Source of the DNA: Gemmobacter sp.
Lineage (GTDB): Bacteria; Pseudomonadota; Alphaproteobacteria; Rhodobacterales; Rhodobacteraceae
DNA length: 64,000 nt
Assembly (NCBI GenBank): GCA_031425195.1
Contig: JANPIX010000024.1
Coordinates: 48,442-112,441 of the forward strand
Direction of reading: 5' to 3'
The position numbers and the translations under genes were made by a program. The first letter of the stretch is position 1, and each line of letters opens with the position of its first letter. Below the pieces are notes generated by a model. That model searched no databases. It was not told the DNA's origin and saw only the letters and a program-made list of their open reading frames with translations. Shown here in pieces: positions 28,745 to 39,392 of the stretch.

Positions 28745-31378
28745 TCAGGGCTTCATCAGCCCCCGCAGTTCGTACACCAGACGAAGCGCGTCGATGGGCG
28801 TCAATTCGTCTGGGTGAACGGCCCTCAGCGCGTCTTCAACTGCCGAACCGCGTGGGGGCGGGGGCGCGCTGGGCGTTAGTCGAAACAACGGCAGGTCGTC
28901 AATCAGTGCCTTTTGATGGACGGGCCCGCCGTCCCGGTCGCCTTTTTCAAGCGCATCCAGAACCACCTTTGCACGCTCGATCACCGCCAGTGGCAATCCG
29001 GCAAGTCGGGCCACTTGCACGCCGTAAGATCGGTCAGCCGCACCCTTGCGGACTTCATGCAGGAAGATGACGGCCCCTTCCCACTCCCGCACTGACACTG
29101 TGGCGTTTTCCACCCCCGCCAGTTTCGCTGAAAGGGCAGTCATCTCGTGGAAATGGGTTGCGAACAGGGCGCGACAGCGATTCTGGTCGTGCAGATATTC
29201 CAGCGTGGCCCACGCAATCGACAGTCCGTCATAGGTGGCCGTACCGCGCCCGATTTCGTCAAGAATGACCAAGGCACGGCCATCGGCTTGGTTCAGGATC
29301 GCCGCCGTTTCGACCATTTCAACCATGAAGGTCGACCGCCCCCGCGCCAGATCGTCAGATGCGCCAACGCGGCTGAACAGCTGGCTGACCAGGCCGATAT
29401 GCACCTCGTCGGCCGGCACAAAGCTGCCAGATTGCGCGAGTAGGGCAATCACCGCGTTCTGCCGCAGAAAAGTGGATTTGCCGGCCATGTTCGGCCCGGT
29501 CAAAAGCCAGATTGCCGGGCTGTTACCGGGGGTCAACGCGCAATCATTCGCGACAAACGGCTGACCATGGCGTTTCAGCGCACGTTCAACCACGGGATGT
29601 CGCCCACCCGTCACCATGAAGGCGCGGCTGTCATCGACCTTTGGTTCGACCCATCCCTCGCTCGCCGCGATGTCGGCAAGACCGACGGCCAGATCAATCT
29701 CTGCCAGTCCTCGCGCGGCTGCCCCAATAGGACCGGCATGTTCCATCACTGCGGCACACAGCCGCTCGAAATGGCCGCGCTCAATGTCCAAAGCCTGATT
29801 GGCCGCGTTCAGAATACGCGTTTCGATCTGTGACAGCTCGACGGTCGTAAAGCGTACCTGACCCGCCGTTGTCTGGCGGTGAATGAATTCGGCATTGAAC
29901 GGTGGCGACATCATTCGTTCGGCGTGGGTCGTGGTGACGTCGATGAAATAGCCCAGCACATTGTTATGCTTGATCTTCAATCCTGAAATGCCGGTCTTGG
30001 CGACGTAATCCGCCTGCATGGCCGCAATGACGCCCCGGCCTTCGTCGCGCAGCCGGCGGGTTTCGTCGAGTTCGGGATCAAAGCCCGCTGCGATATATCC
30101 GCCGTCCCGGGTTAAAAGGGGTGGAGTTGCAACAAGGGCCCGGGCCAGAAGATCCGTCAAAGTCTGGTGCCCACCAAAGCTGGCTGCCGCTTCGGCAATC
30201 ACCTCTGGCACATCCCGAAGATGATGGGCCAACCTTGCCGCCTGCGTCAACGCCGCCCCGATCGAGCCGAGGTCGCGCGGCCCCCCACGGTCTAGGGCTA
30301 TGCGTGACAAGGCCCGGTCAAGATCAGGCACGGCTCGCAGTTCCGCCTGCAGATTGGCCCGCAGCTTGGAATGGGTGAACAGATGCCTGACTGCAGCAAG
30401 CCTTGCCTGAATGGTCGCCAGATTGCGTGACGGTGCCGACAGGCGCCGCTCCAGCAATCGGCCCCCGGCTGCGGTAACCGTTCTGTCGACCGCAGCCAGC
30501 AGCGATCCTTCGCGGCCTCCTGAAAGTGCGGTGGTGATTTCCAGATTGCGACGGGTGGCGGCGTCGATCTGCATGGCAGCATCGGGGCGCTCCCGCACCG
30601 GGGGTCGCATCAGGGGCATCTTTCCGCGCTGCGTCAGATGAAGATAATCGACAAGCGCGCCTAAAGCCCCCAGTTCCGCCCGCCCGAATGTCCCGAACGC
30701 CTCCATCGAGCCCACCTGGAACAACGTCTGCAGCCGTTTATCCGCGTTGGTGCTGTCGAAACTGGCCCGCGCAAGGGGCGTAAGGGCCACCCCTGCTTCT
30801 TCCGCAATGCTTCCCAGTTCCCCCTCTCGCGCTTCGCTGACAAGCAGTTCGCGGGGGCCAAGCCGCGAAAGTTCGGGACCAAGCCGCACAAGGGGGCAGG
30901 GCATCACCCGGACTTCACCGGTTGAAATATCCATCCACGCCAAGGCCGCATCGTCGCGCACTTCGGCAAAGGCCGCCAAAAAGTTGTGACGGCGCGCGTC
31001 CAAAAGCGAGTCTTCCGTCAGCGTGCCCGGTGTGACCAACCGCACCACATCCCGGCGCACGACAGCCTTGTAGCCGCGCTTTTTGGCTTCTGCCGGGTCT
31101 TCCAGCTGCTCTGCGATGGCGACGCGAAACCCCTTGCGGATCAATGTCAGCAGGTACCCTTCGGCCGCGTGAACCGGCACGCCGCACATGGGGATAGGTG
31201 CGCCCGCGTGTGTGCCTCGTTGGGTCAGCGCGATGTCAAGCGCCGCCGATGCAGCAACGGCATCGTCAAAGAACATTTCATAGAAATCGCCCATCCGGTA
31301 AAACAACAAGGCGCTGGCATTCTGCGCCTTGATGTCCAGATACTGCGCCATCATTGGCGTTACGGCGTCATCTGTCAC
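28745..31378 (-). CDS. mutS: DNA mismatch repair protein MutS
   Basis: [13 protein letters not shown], Walker [24 protein letters not shown] start. Confidence 0.96.
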   Translation of the reverse strand: MTDDAVTPMMAQYLDIKAQNASALLFYRMGDFYEMFFDDAVAASAALDIALTQRGTHAGAPIPMCGVPVHAAEGYLLTLIRKGFRVAIAEQLEDPAEAKKRGYKAVVRRDVVRLVTPGTLTEDSLLDARRHNFLAAFAEVRDDAALAWMDISTGEVRVMPCPLVRLGPELSRLGPRELLVSEAREGELGSIAEEAGVALTPLARASFDSTNADKRLQTLFQVGSMEAFGTFGRAELGALGALVDYLHLTQRGKMPLMRPPVRERPDAAMQIDAATRRNLEITTALSGGREGSLLAAVDRTVTAAGGRLLERRLSAPSRNLATIQARLAAVRHLFTHSKLRANLQAELRAVPDLDRALSRIALDRGGPRDLGSIGAALTQAARLAHHLRDVPEVIAEAAASFGGHQTLTDLLARALVATPPLLTRDGGYIAAGFDPELDETRRLRDEGRGVIAAMQADYVAKTGISGLKIKHNNVLGYFIDVTTTHAERMMSPPFNAEFIHRQTTAGQVRFTTVELSQIETRILNAANQALDIERGHFERLCAAVMEHAGPIGAAARGLAEIDLAVGLADIAASEGWVEPKVDDSRAFMVTGGRHPVVERALKRHGQPFVANDCALTPGNSPAIWLLTGPNMAGKSTFLRQNAVIALLAQSGSFVPADEVHIGLVSQLFSRVGASDDLARGRSTFMVEMVETAAILNQADGRALVILDEIGRGTATYDGLSIAWATLEYLHDQNRCRALFATHFHEMTALSAKLAGVENATVSVREWEGAVIFLHEVRKGAADRSYGVQVARLAGLPLAVIERAKVVLDALEKGDRDGGPVHQKALIDDLPLFRLTPSAPPPPRGSAVEDALRAVHPDELTPIDALRLVYELRGLMKP

Positions 31379-31444
31379 AAAATACCCCTTTTCCCCCCGC
31401 GACCCTACAAAAGCGCGGGCCGGGCGGAAAGGCGCAAATCCAGC

Positions 31445-32074
31445 TTAGTGGGTGAACGCAGCAGCCCCGCCCCAAAGTTCTTTGACCCGTTCATCACGCC
31501 CACAGGCACTGCGATAGAATTTGTATGCGTTCGACTGTTTTTTCGGGCCTGCACGGGTGATCACAAAGTTCGTGCCCTTGTAGTAGTCCTGGTGATAATC
31601 TTCCGCCGCATAAAACGGCCCGGCGTCGCGCACGGGGGTGACAACCTTCTGTCCAAGCTCTGCCTCTGCCTGCGCCACGGCAGTCTTTGCAATAGATTTC
31701 TGTTCAGGTGTCAGTGCAAAAACCGCTGTTCGGTAGCTGTCGCCCCGATCGCAGAATTGGCCACCTGCATCCGTCACATCCACCGAGCGCAAGAATTTGT
31801 GGATGATCTCGTCATACGTGACTTTCGCGTTGTCAAAGGTGATTTCCACCGCCTCGTAATGCCCGGTCCCACCGGCCCCCACCTGTTTGTAGGTCGGGTT
31901 TTCCGTCGTGCCGCCCGTGTATCCTGAAACAACTGACGTCACGCCGGGCACGCCCTCAAAATCGGATTCGACGCACCAGAAACATCCGCCTGCAACGATG
32001 GCCTTTTCTGATGCCGCCTGCGCCTGCGAGGCAAAAACTGTGGCGAGAGTGATGATGATAAGATTGCGAAACAT
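31445..32074 (-). CDS. msrA: peptide-methionine (S)-S-oxide reductase MsrA with an N-terminal signal peptide
   Basis: [20 protein letters not shown]|ASEK followed by the catalytic [14 protein letters not shown] at 32074. Confidence 0.88.
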   Translation of the reverse strand: MFRNLIIITLATVFASQAQAASEKAIVAGGCFWCVESDFEGVPGVTSVVSGYTGGTTENPTYKQVGAGGTGHYEAVEITFDNAKVTYDEIIHKFLRSVDVTDAGGQFCDRGDSYRTAVFALTPEQKSIAKTAVAQAEAELGQKVVTPVRDAGPFYAAEDYHQDYYKGTNFVITRAGPKKQSNAYKFYRSACGRDERVKELWGGAAAFTH

Positions 32075-32207
32075 GGCGTCCTCCGGTGATGCTGTGCCGA
32101 TCTGCCGGAAACAGTGCTGATCGCGCAATTCACCCTGGCGTGAGGTCACGCGACAGTGACCCCCAGCGCATGTTCATGTCAGTTCACGGGCCGTTCGCAC
32201 CGGACAT

Positions 32208-32241
32208 TGAAACAGAAACGGCCCCGCAAGACTGCGGGGCC
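32208..32241 (-). terminator. intrinsic terminator after the sugar-binding protein gene
   Basis: Perfect 9-bp stem ggccccgca-agac-tgcggggcc (32220-32241), followed on the minus strand by GUUUCUGUUUC. Confidence 0.7.
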
Positions 32242-32263
32242 GCCCATTCAGATCAGATCAGGA

Positions 32264-33211
32264 TCAGTCGTAAAGAACGGCTGCGATTTCGGGGCTGTCC
32301 ATGTTGGTCTTGTCGTACCAGTAGAATCCGGTGTCGATCAGGGCCGGGACGGCTTCGCCACGGGTCGCCATGACGGCTGCCTTGACGGTTTCATAACCGA
32401 TGCCAACAGGGTTCTGCGTGATCGCGCCGGCCATCGTGCCGTCCATGATCGCGGCCTTCTGTGCAGCGCCGGAATCGTAGCCGATGACGACAACGCCCGT
32501 CGTGCCGGTTTCCTTGATCGCGTTCACGACGCCGATGGCCGAACCTTCGTTTGCGCCGAAAAAGCCCTTCAGGTCGGGATGGGCTGTAAGGATGGCCTTG
32601 GCGATTTCGGTCGACTGCAACTGATCGCCAGCGCCGTACTGGATATCGACGATTTCGATGTCCGGAAACTTCGCAGCCATTTCGTTCACAAAGCCGTCGC
32701 GGCGGTCAATCCCGGTGCGCGACGTCTGGTCGTGAACAACAAGCGCCACTTTGCCTGCGCCACCGATCAGTTCGGCCATCTTGTCGGCGGCCAGCGCTGC
32801 GGCTGCCACGTTGTTGGTTGTGGCGGTCGACATCGGAATGTCGCTGTCCACACCGCTGTCGAAGGCGATAACCGGAATACCGGCATCCTTGGCCTGCTGC
32901 AAAAGCGGGATCGCCGCCTGGCTGTCCAGCGCGGCAAAGCCGATCGCCGCAGGGTTCTTGGCCAGCGCTGCCGAAAGCATATCCATCTGCTTGTCGACCT
33001 GTGCTTCTGTATCTGGCCCTTCGAAGGTGACTTCGACGCCAAATTCTGCGGCAGCATTATCTGCGCCGAGTTTTACGGCCTGCCAGAACTGGTGCTGGAA
33101 TCCCTTGGAAATCAGCGGAATGTAAAGCTTGTCCTGCGCGCTGGCGATTCCACTGCTGGCAAGGATTGCCGTCGCACTGATCGCGCCAAGCAGGGTGCGT
33201 CTGGTAAACAT
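32264..33211 (-). CDS. sugar ABC transporter substrate-binding protein (RbsB-like)
   Basis: Signal peptide MFTRRTLLGAISATAILASSGIASAQD and a periplasmic-binding type I fold (IPLISKGFQHQFW...). ATG at 33211. Confidence 0.85.
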   Translation of the reverse strand: MFTRRTLLGAISATAILASSGIASAQDKLYIPLISKGFQHQFWQAVKLGADNAAAEFGVEVTFEGPDTEAQVDKQMDMLSAALAKNPAAIGFAALDSQAAIPLLQQAKDAGIPVIAFDSGVDSDIPMSTATTNNVAAAALAADKMAELIGGAGKVALVVHDQTSRTGIDRRDGFVNEMAAKFPDIEIVDIQYGAGDQLQSTEIAKAILTAHPDLKGFFGANEGSAIGVVNAIKETGTTGVVVIGYDSGAAQKAAIMDGTMAGAITQNPVGIGYETVKAAVMATRGEAVPALIDTGFYWYDKTNMDSPEIAAVLYD

Positions 33212-33288
33212 CTGGTATTCTCCCTTGAAGTTGTTCGTTTTGGTTCGCGTGTGATCGGAACGTTGGCCGTTCTCTGGTTGATTTCGGT

Positions 33289-34293
33289 TCAGCCTGCTTT
33301 GCGGCGGCGAAGCATGTCGGCATAGACGGCCGCGATAATGATCATCCCGGTGACCACGGTCTGCCATTCCTGCGCCACGGACATGATCCGCAGGCCGTTC
33401 AGCAGGACTGACATGATCAGTGCGCCAATGATGGTTCCCAACACAGACCCGCGCCCCCCGGCAAGCGATGTGCCCCCGATCACCACGGCGGCAATCGCAT
33501 CAAGCTCATAGCCAAGCCCCAGCGCGGGCTGGGCAGAGTTCAAACGTGCCGCGATCAAAAGCCCGGCAATCCCGCAGATGCCACCCGCCAGCGCGTAAAT
33601 GGCTATCTTCCAGAAATCGGTGTTCACCCCGGAAAGGCGAACCGCTTCTTCGTTGGAGCCCAGAGCAAAGCAGTACCTGCCCAGCACCGTACGCCCCAGA
33701 ACCCAGGAAATCACCACTGCCAGAATAAACAGGATCAAAACCGAATTCGGCAGCGGAACTGACGGAATGATCGCCCCCACCAACGACCCCTGCGAGATGG
33801 CGGTAAAGCCGGGTGTGTCGTTGAAATAGATCGGTTTTGTCCCCGAAATGACCAGCGACAGGCCCTTCAGGATCAACATCATGCCCAACGTCGCGATAAA
33901 GGGCGGAATTTTCATCTTGGCAATCAACGTGCCCGAAACACAGCCGCAAGCCGCCCCCGCAACAATGGCGGCGGCCACGCCCACGATAAGAGGCAGGCCA
34001 AGGAAGGTCAGGACGACACCGGCAATCACGGCACAAAACGTCATCAAGGTGCCGACCGACAGGTCGATGCCGCCAGTAATAATGACCAACGTGGCGGCGA
34101 TTGCCAGAACACCGTTCACTGATGTGGCTTGCAGGATGGCAAGGATGTTGGCTGTCTGCAAAAAGTTGTCTGACGCAATGGAAAAGAACACCAGAAGCGC
34201 GATCAGACTGGCAAAGGCGAGTATCTTTTGCTGAGCGCCCGAGGCTTTCAGCCAGCCTGAAAATCCCTGCGAGGCAACGGGGGTCGCGGTCAT
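33289..34293 (-). CDS. sugar ABC transporter permease (RbsC-like)
   Basis: About 9-10 TM segments and the motif [13 protein letters not shown] overlap with the ATPase gene. Confidence 0.88.
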   Translation of the reverse strand: MTATPVASQGFSGWLKASGAQQKILAFASLIALLVFFSIASDNFLQTANILAILQATSVNGVLAIAATLVIITGGIDLSVGTLMTFCAVIAGVVLTFLGLPLIVGVAAAIVAGAACGCVSGTLIAKMKIPPFIATLGMMLILKGLSLVISGTKPIYFNDTPGFTAISQGSLVGAIIPSVPLPNSVLILFILAVVISWVLGRTVLGRYCFALGSNEEAVRLSGVNTDFWKIAIYALAGGICGIAGLLIAARLNSAQPALGLGYELDAIAAVVIGGTSLAGGRGSVLGTIIGALIMSVLLNGLRIMSVAQEWQTVVTGMIIIAAVYADMLRRRKAG

Positions 34294-35810
34294 GTCATGG
34301 CTCCTTCCGTGATGTCGTGGCGCTGTGTTGCAAGGCGCATGATGTCTTCTTGTGTGGTCTGGGCCCCACCTGGCAGGATACCTGTCAGCCGCCCTTCGCT
34401 CATGACGGCGATGCGGTGTGCCAGTCGCAGAACCTCGGGCAATTCGGAACTGATGACGATCACTGCCTTCCCCTCGGCTGCAAGCGATTGCAACAGCCGA
34501 TAGATTTCGGCCTTCGCCCCCACATCAATCCCGCGTGTGGGTTCGTCAAAGATCAGCACGTCACAGTTTCGCAGCAGCCATTTGGCCACGACCACCTTTT
34601 GCTGGTTCCCACCAGACAAAAGCCGAACCTCCTGCCGGTCTGAAGGGGTGCGTATCGCAAGCGTTTCAATGTATCCGCGTGCAATCTTGCCCAGCGCGGC
34701 ATCGTCAACAACACCCATCCGGTTGCCATAACGCGACAGGCTGGCAAGCCCGATGTTCGCCCGCACATCAAGCCCGAGTGCCAGACCAAAATGCTTGCGA
34801 TCCTCGGACAAATAACAGATGCCCGCCGCCACCGCGTCTTGGGGGCTTTTGATGTTGCACGATTTGCCGTGAACAATCACTTCGCCCGCATCACGCGGGT
34901 CGGCCCCAAAGATAACGCGCGCCACCTCGGTCCGGCCTGCGCCCATCAGGCCAGCAAATCCCAGAATCTCGCCCTGTTTAACCGAAAAGCTGACGTCCCG
35001 GACTGTACGGCCCCGCCGCAACCCACGCACTTCCAGTGCCACGGGGGCGGCTGACAGATCGGGAATTTCGACGTGAACATTGTCCAGTTCCCGGCCGACC
35101 ATCATGGAGATGATAGTGGAAATAGGCGTGTCGGCGGCCTGCACGGTTCCCACATAGGCCCCGTCCCGCATCACCGTCACGCGGTCGGAAATGCGACGGA
35201 TTTCGTCCATCTTGTGACTGATGTAGACGACGCCAACCCCTTCCGACTTCAGCCGCCGAATGATGGCAAAAAGCTCGTTCGTTTCAGTGTCGTTCAGTGC
35301 GGCTGTCGGCTCGTCCATGATCAGGATGCGCGATTTGTGCGACAGCGCCTTGGCGATCTCGACCATCTGCTGGCGCGCCACCGAAAGGGTGCGAACCTCG
35401 ACACGCGGGTCGATCCTCACCTTCATGGCGTCAAAGATTTCTTCGGCCTGCCGGTTCAATGCGGCATCGTCCAGCCGGCCAAAACTCTTTCGCGGCTCCC
35501 GCCCTATAAAGATGTTCTGCGCGACCGTCAGATCGTTCATCAGCGCAAGCTCCTGATGAATGATCCCGATGCCAAGCGCCTGTGCGGCCCGCGGCCCGGC
35601 CACCTGGACGGCCCGGCCATCCAGCAGAATTTCGCCAGAGTCGGGCTGATAGATGCCCGACATGATCTTCATCAGCGTCGATTTCCCAGCGCCGTTTTCG
35701 CCCATCAGGGCATGAACCTCGCCCGCCTGCACATCGAACTGCACCGATTTAAGCGCATGAACACCCGGAAAACGTTTGTCGATTGCGGTCATTCGGACAA
35801 GTTCGGTCAT
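34290..35810 (-). CDS. sugar ABC transporter ATP-binding protein, duplicated ATPase (RbsA-like)
   Basis: Two ABC domains: [25 protein letters not shown] and [15 protein letters not shown]. Confidence 0.9.
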   Translation of the reverse strand: MTELVRMTAIDKRFPGVHALKSVQFDVQAGEVHALMGENGAGKSTLMKIMSGIYQPDSGEILLDGRAVQVAGPRAAQALGIGIIHQELALMNDLTVAQNIFIGREPRKSFGRLDDAALNRQAEEIFDAMKVRIDPRVEVRTLSVARQQMVEIAKALSHKSRILIMDEPTAALNDTETNELFAIIRRLKSEGVGVVYISHKMDEIRRISDRVTVMRDGAYVGTVQAADTPISTIISMMVGRELDNVHVEIPDLSAAPVALEVRGLRRGRTVRDVSFSVKQGEILGFAGLMGAGRTEVARVIFGADPRDAGEVIVHGKSCNIKSPQDAVAAGICYLSEDRKHFGLALGLDVRANIGLASLSRYGNRMGVVDDAALGKIARGYIETLAIRTPSDRQEVRLLSGGNQQKVVVAKWLLRNCDVLIFDEPTRGIDVGAKAEIYRLLQSLAAEGKAVIVISSELPEVLRLAHRIAVMSEGRLTGILPGGAQTTQEDIMRLATQRHDITEGAMT

Positions 35811-36847
35811 GCCTGCGCCCCGACGATTGCAAAATCGACAATCACCTTCGTCAGGTTTTCGCGATCATTCGCCAGATCTGGAAAGCGCGACGCAAGGTCG
35901 GTCAGACCGATGACCGCCGACACGATCTTGTCGCCGACGATGTGGCCCGCCCGGATCGCATCCATCACGGTTTGAAAGTCCTGCTCGGTGGCGTTCCTGC
36001 TGCCCACAAGCCGCATTTCACGTTTGTGAAACTCCGCGTCGTTGAACCGGATGTCGTCTTTGACGACGCTGACCAGAACATAGGTGCCGCCATGGGCCAC
36101 GTTGGCAAAACCCGCTTGCATGGCACCGGCGTTTCCGGTGGCATCGAAGACCACATCGAAACCATCTGCCAGCTTGCCCGTCAGCAAGGGTGTGGTGATC
36201 CCGTGCAGATCGTCAAAATCGAAATTGCGCTTGGCCGCCTGAAGCCGGGCGGCACTGGCATCCTGCAGATGCACCTCGGCACCCGCCAGCCGCGCGAACA
36301 GCGCGGTGCCCAGGCCAATTGGCCCCGCGCCCGTAACCAGCACGCGGTCGCCCGCCGTCAGGTCCGACCGCCGCACGGCATGTGCACCGATGGCCAGAAA
36401 TTCGACCATCGCCGCCTCGTGGAGCGTAAGGCCATCCGCCTTGTAAAGATTGCCCTCGGGCACGGCGATCCGGGCACACATGCCGCCATCGCGGTGCACC
36501 CCCAGAACTGAAATCGAGGTGCAGCAATTCGGTTTCCCGCGTGTACAGGCCCGGCAGGTGCCACAGGACAGATAGGGGTTTATGACAACCCGCTGGCCCT
36601 GTGCCCACCCAGACTGGCTTTGCGCAACGGTGCCGCCAAGTTCGTGGCCAATCACGCGGGGATATTCGAGGTAGGGATGCTTGCCTGCAAAAATGTGGTA
36701 ATCTGTCCCACACAGCCCAACGGCACCAATGTCCACCAATACCCAACCGGTTGGGGCGTCGACAGGCATGGGACGGTCGACGAGCATGAACCGGCCCGGT
36801 TCGATGCACGTACCGCTCAACATGCTGGGACCGCCATTCGGCAGCAT
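35807..36847 (-). CDS. zinc-binding medium-chain dehydrogenase (sorbitol/L-idonate dehydrogenase-like)
   Basis: [14 protein letters not shown] and structural-Zn cluster [15 protein letters not shown]. The ATG at 36847 is preceded by GGGAGGAG at 7-nt spacing. Confidence 0.82.
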   Translation of the reverse strand: MLPNGGPSMLSGTCIEPGRFMLVDRPMPVDAPTGWVLVDIGAVGLCGTDYHIFAGKHPYLEYPRVIGHELGGTVAQSQSGWAQGQRVVINPYLSCGTCRACTRGKPNCCTSISVLGVHRDGGMCARIAVPEGNLYKADGLTLHEAAMVEFLAIGAHAVRRSDLTAGDRVLVTGAGPIGLGTALFARLAGAEVHLQDASAARLQAAKRNFDFDDLHGITTPLLTGKLADGFDVVFDATGNAGAMQAGFANVAHGGTYVLVSVVKDDIRFNDAEFHKREMRLVGSRNATEQDFQTVMDAIRAGHIVGDKIVSAVIGLTDLASRFPDLANDRENLTKVIVDFAIVGAQA

Positions 36848-37001
36848 CGGCAACTCCTCCCTGAAGGCACGCCCTTTGGGCTTTGCCTGAAACGTTCGTT
36901 TCTTGATCTTGCCTGCACCGTCGCAGATGAATCGGGCATTGCCAATTGTTTTTAATCTTTATATCCATTTGGACAGACAAAAATTGCCGAAGGGGTTGGG
37001 C

Positions 37002-37904
37002 GTGGCACGTACAGACACCCGGTTTCGTGTGGCGCACAATGCAATGCTCGATCTGTTGTCGGCGCTGGAACCGGGTGCTGCCTTGCCATCTGAAACCGCC
37101 CTTGCAGCCACGCTCAAAGTCAGCCGGACGGTCGTGCGAACCGCACTCAAATCTTTTGACGACGCAGGGGTTATTCGCTGGAACGGCCGCGACAAGCATC
37201 TGACACGCGCGCCCATTCCCGCCGACCGTCTGGCACCGCGGGCCGACTACATCACCCGCGACGAACTGGAAGCCAGCTTTCTAGATTGGGTGCTACGCTT
37301 TGATGTGCCTGCCGAAACGCCATTGAACGTGGCCCAACTGGCCAAGCGTTTTGCTGTGGCCCCGCATGTCTTGCAAGAGTTTCTTGCCGGCCTCGGTACC
37401 TTTGGCCTCGTGGAACGCCGGCCGCGGGGTGGCTGGCTGTTGAAAGGCTTTACCGCCGACTATGCAGTTGAACTGTCAGAATTTCGCACCCTGATCGAGG
37501 TGAACGCCGTCCGCAGTTTTGCCCGTCTGCCACCGGATGCCCCGATATGGGCCACGCTCGACAGTCTGGAGGCGCAGCACCTGTCGTTGCTCGAACGCAT
37601 TGATACCGACTTCCACGATTTCTCGCGCCTTGACGGCCAGTTTCACACGACGCTGAATTCGGTGGTCCAGAATCGCTTTGTCGCGGACTTTCAAAAGGTC
37701 ATCTCGCTGATCTTTCACTATCACTATCAATGGGACAAACGGATGGAGCGGTTTCGGAACGAGGCCGCGATCGGCGAACATCTGGCCATCCTTCGCGCGC
37801 TGCGCAATCGCGATGCTTCTGCAGCCGAACAGGCTGCCTTGGCGCACCTGATGACATCAAAGGAAACGCTGCTGTCGTCGCTTCGCGGGAACAACCTTGT
37901 CTAG
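37002..37904 (+). CDS. GntR-family (FadR/FCD type) transcriptional regulator; start uncertain
   Basis: wHTH LPSETALAATLKVSRTVVRTALKSFDDAGVI plus a C-terminal helical FCD-like domain. The GTG at 37002 has GAAGGGG upstream, but the tracked ORF opens at 36903. Confidence 0.75.
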   Translation: MARTDTRFRVAHNAMLDLLSALEPGAALPSETALAATLKVSRTVVRTALKSFDDAGVIRWNGRDKHLTRAPIPADRLAPRADYITRDELEASFLDWVLRFDVPAETPLNVAQLAKRFAVAPHVLQEFLAGLGTFGLVERRPRGGWLLKGFTADYAVELSEFRTLIEVNAVRSFARLPPDAPIWATLDSLEAQHLSLLERIDTDFHDFSRLDGQFHTTLNSVVQNRFVADFQKVISLIFHYHYQWDKRMERFRNEAAIGEHLAILRALRNRDASAAEQAALAHLMTSKETLLSSLRGNNLV

Positions 37905-39007
37905 CCTGCGATCTTTCGAAGTGCAGGCTTTGGCCCCGTGTCACCATGTCGTGCAGCCCATGCCATGAAGCCACCCATGCGGCGCTGCACCTTTTGCGCA
38001 TGGTTGTCTGCAATGTCCGACAACTTATGATCCAGAAAGGGATTGGAAAACCGTTCCATCGTGGTTTCAACGTAGGCTCGTGCCTCCGCCCCGAAGCCCG
38101 CTGCGGCAAATCCTGGCAAAACCTCGGCTTCATAAACGTCGATCAGCATGGACCTTAGCGCGGCGTCCGCCATCGCATCACGTACCAGTTGCGGGCCATG
38201 GCCCGACCGGTTCAACCAATCTGCCGCCAGCACGGTATGGCCCAGATTGAGGATATAAAGTTTCAACGTTTCCGTCAGCTCCAGATCATCAACAATGCGT
38301 ATCGCAGGGTGCAGGCACGGCGGGCGCAGACCTGGCTGCGCTTCGATGGCCCAAAGGGCATAAGGCTCGGCCACAGAACCTGCGGGTTCGATAGGGGCCG
38401 ACACGATTCTGTCGACAAGCGAATTTGCCCAGATCACCCCGCCTTGCAGCCAATCGCCGAAGGCTGGCGTCCGGTTATGGGCCAAGGCCAAGACGCGGGC
38501 CTTCAACACCTCGCCGTTGCGGGCGACAAGTTCGGTTGGCATAATCTGCAGCGCCCTGGCACCGCCATCGGCCGTGAACCGTGCCTCAAGCAGACACAAC
38601 AGTTTTGCCGGATACGACATCGCCGGGTCAAACACCCGACCGCCATCGGCGGGCAACGGCGCATATCCCTGATCCCCGGTGTTTGACAGGATGATCGACG
38701 CTTCTTCGACGGCGATGTGAACGACCTGGGCCCAATCTGATGTTGCGGACAAGGCGCGACTGACAGATGTCACCCGGAATTCATCATCAACAACGGCCCC
38801 ATCCAGCACACCCCGCACCCTGACAGGAAAGCCACCCGGCAGGGCAAGCGCCGCAAGCCGCTTCGCACGACCTGCATCACCCGTCGTCTGAACCACTGTG
38901 ATCGGCCCGCAATCCTGCCCCTGTTCGCGGGCCTCAGACATAAAAAGATCGGCATGGGCCTGCAAAAAACGGCTGGTTCCAAACTGCAAGACGGGCGTTA
39001 TCGACAT
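37901..39007 (-). CDS. mannitol dehydrogenase family oxidoreductase (short, ~368 aa)
   Basis: N-terminal LQFGTSRFLQAHADLF resembles the QFGxGNFxRxH Rossmann start of the UxaB/UxuB/MtlD family. The ATG at 39007 is preceded by GAGGA. Confidence 0.7.
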   Translation of the reverse strand: MSITPVLQFGTSRFLQAHADLFMSEAREQGQDCGPITVVQTTGDAGRAKRLAALALPGGFPVRVRGVLDGAVVDDEFRVTSVSRALSATSDWAQVVHIAVEEASIILSNTGDQGYAPLPADGGRVFDPAMSYPAKLLCLLEARFTADGGARALQIMPTELVARNGEVLKARVLALAHNRTPAFGDWLQGGVIWANSLVDRIVSAPIEPAGSVAEPYALWAIEAQPGLRPPCLHPAIRIVDDLELTETLKLYILNLGHTVLAADWLNRSGHGPQLVRDAMADAALRSMLIDVYEAEVLPGFAAAGFGAEARAYVETTMERFSNPFLDHKLSDIADNHAQKVQRRMGGFMAWAARHGDTGPKPALRKIAG

Positions 39008-39392
39008 GGTTATCCTCAAATGTGTTTTTATTGATTAAGAACCCTCGGCTTTCGTGTCAATGTCTGTTCATTCGCGCAAGAGGGAGAGAAAATCGCGAAC
39101 CGCCTAAAAACCGCACGGCATGTCGGCCATTGCGCGATAAATAAGCACGCTGGCGGGAATGGCCGCTGGTTTCAGGTTCCGCACAAAATTGCGATTGCTG
39201 CACCGCCGCATGAACCATCTGCTGCGTCTGTCGCGGCGCATTCCGCAAGCGACGAAATTGGTGTGCGGTGACGAGCGCAACTGGACATTCGTCGCCACCG
39301 CACGGGTTGCAACCGAGGTTGCCATCTGAATATGGGCCTTCCGGCTGAAATAGGAAGGGCACAGTCAGGTGGCCGTCGCAAAGGGGACGGAT

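Noticed and set aside
36943-36986. Imperfect inverted repeat CAATTGTTTT...ACAAAAATTG in the GntR/dehydrogenase divergent promoter, as a candidate GntR operator
   Set aside because: Only 8/10 complementary, in an AT-rich stretch. It does not fit the compact GT-N-AC core typical of FadR-type operators. It is kept only as a note.
39285-39315. Sigma54 -24/-12 promoter for urtA (…CGCACGGGTTGCA…)
   Set aside because: TTGCA is present, but the GG dinucleotide is missing at the required 10-nt upstream spacing.
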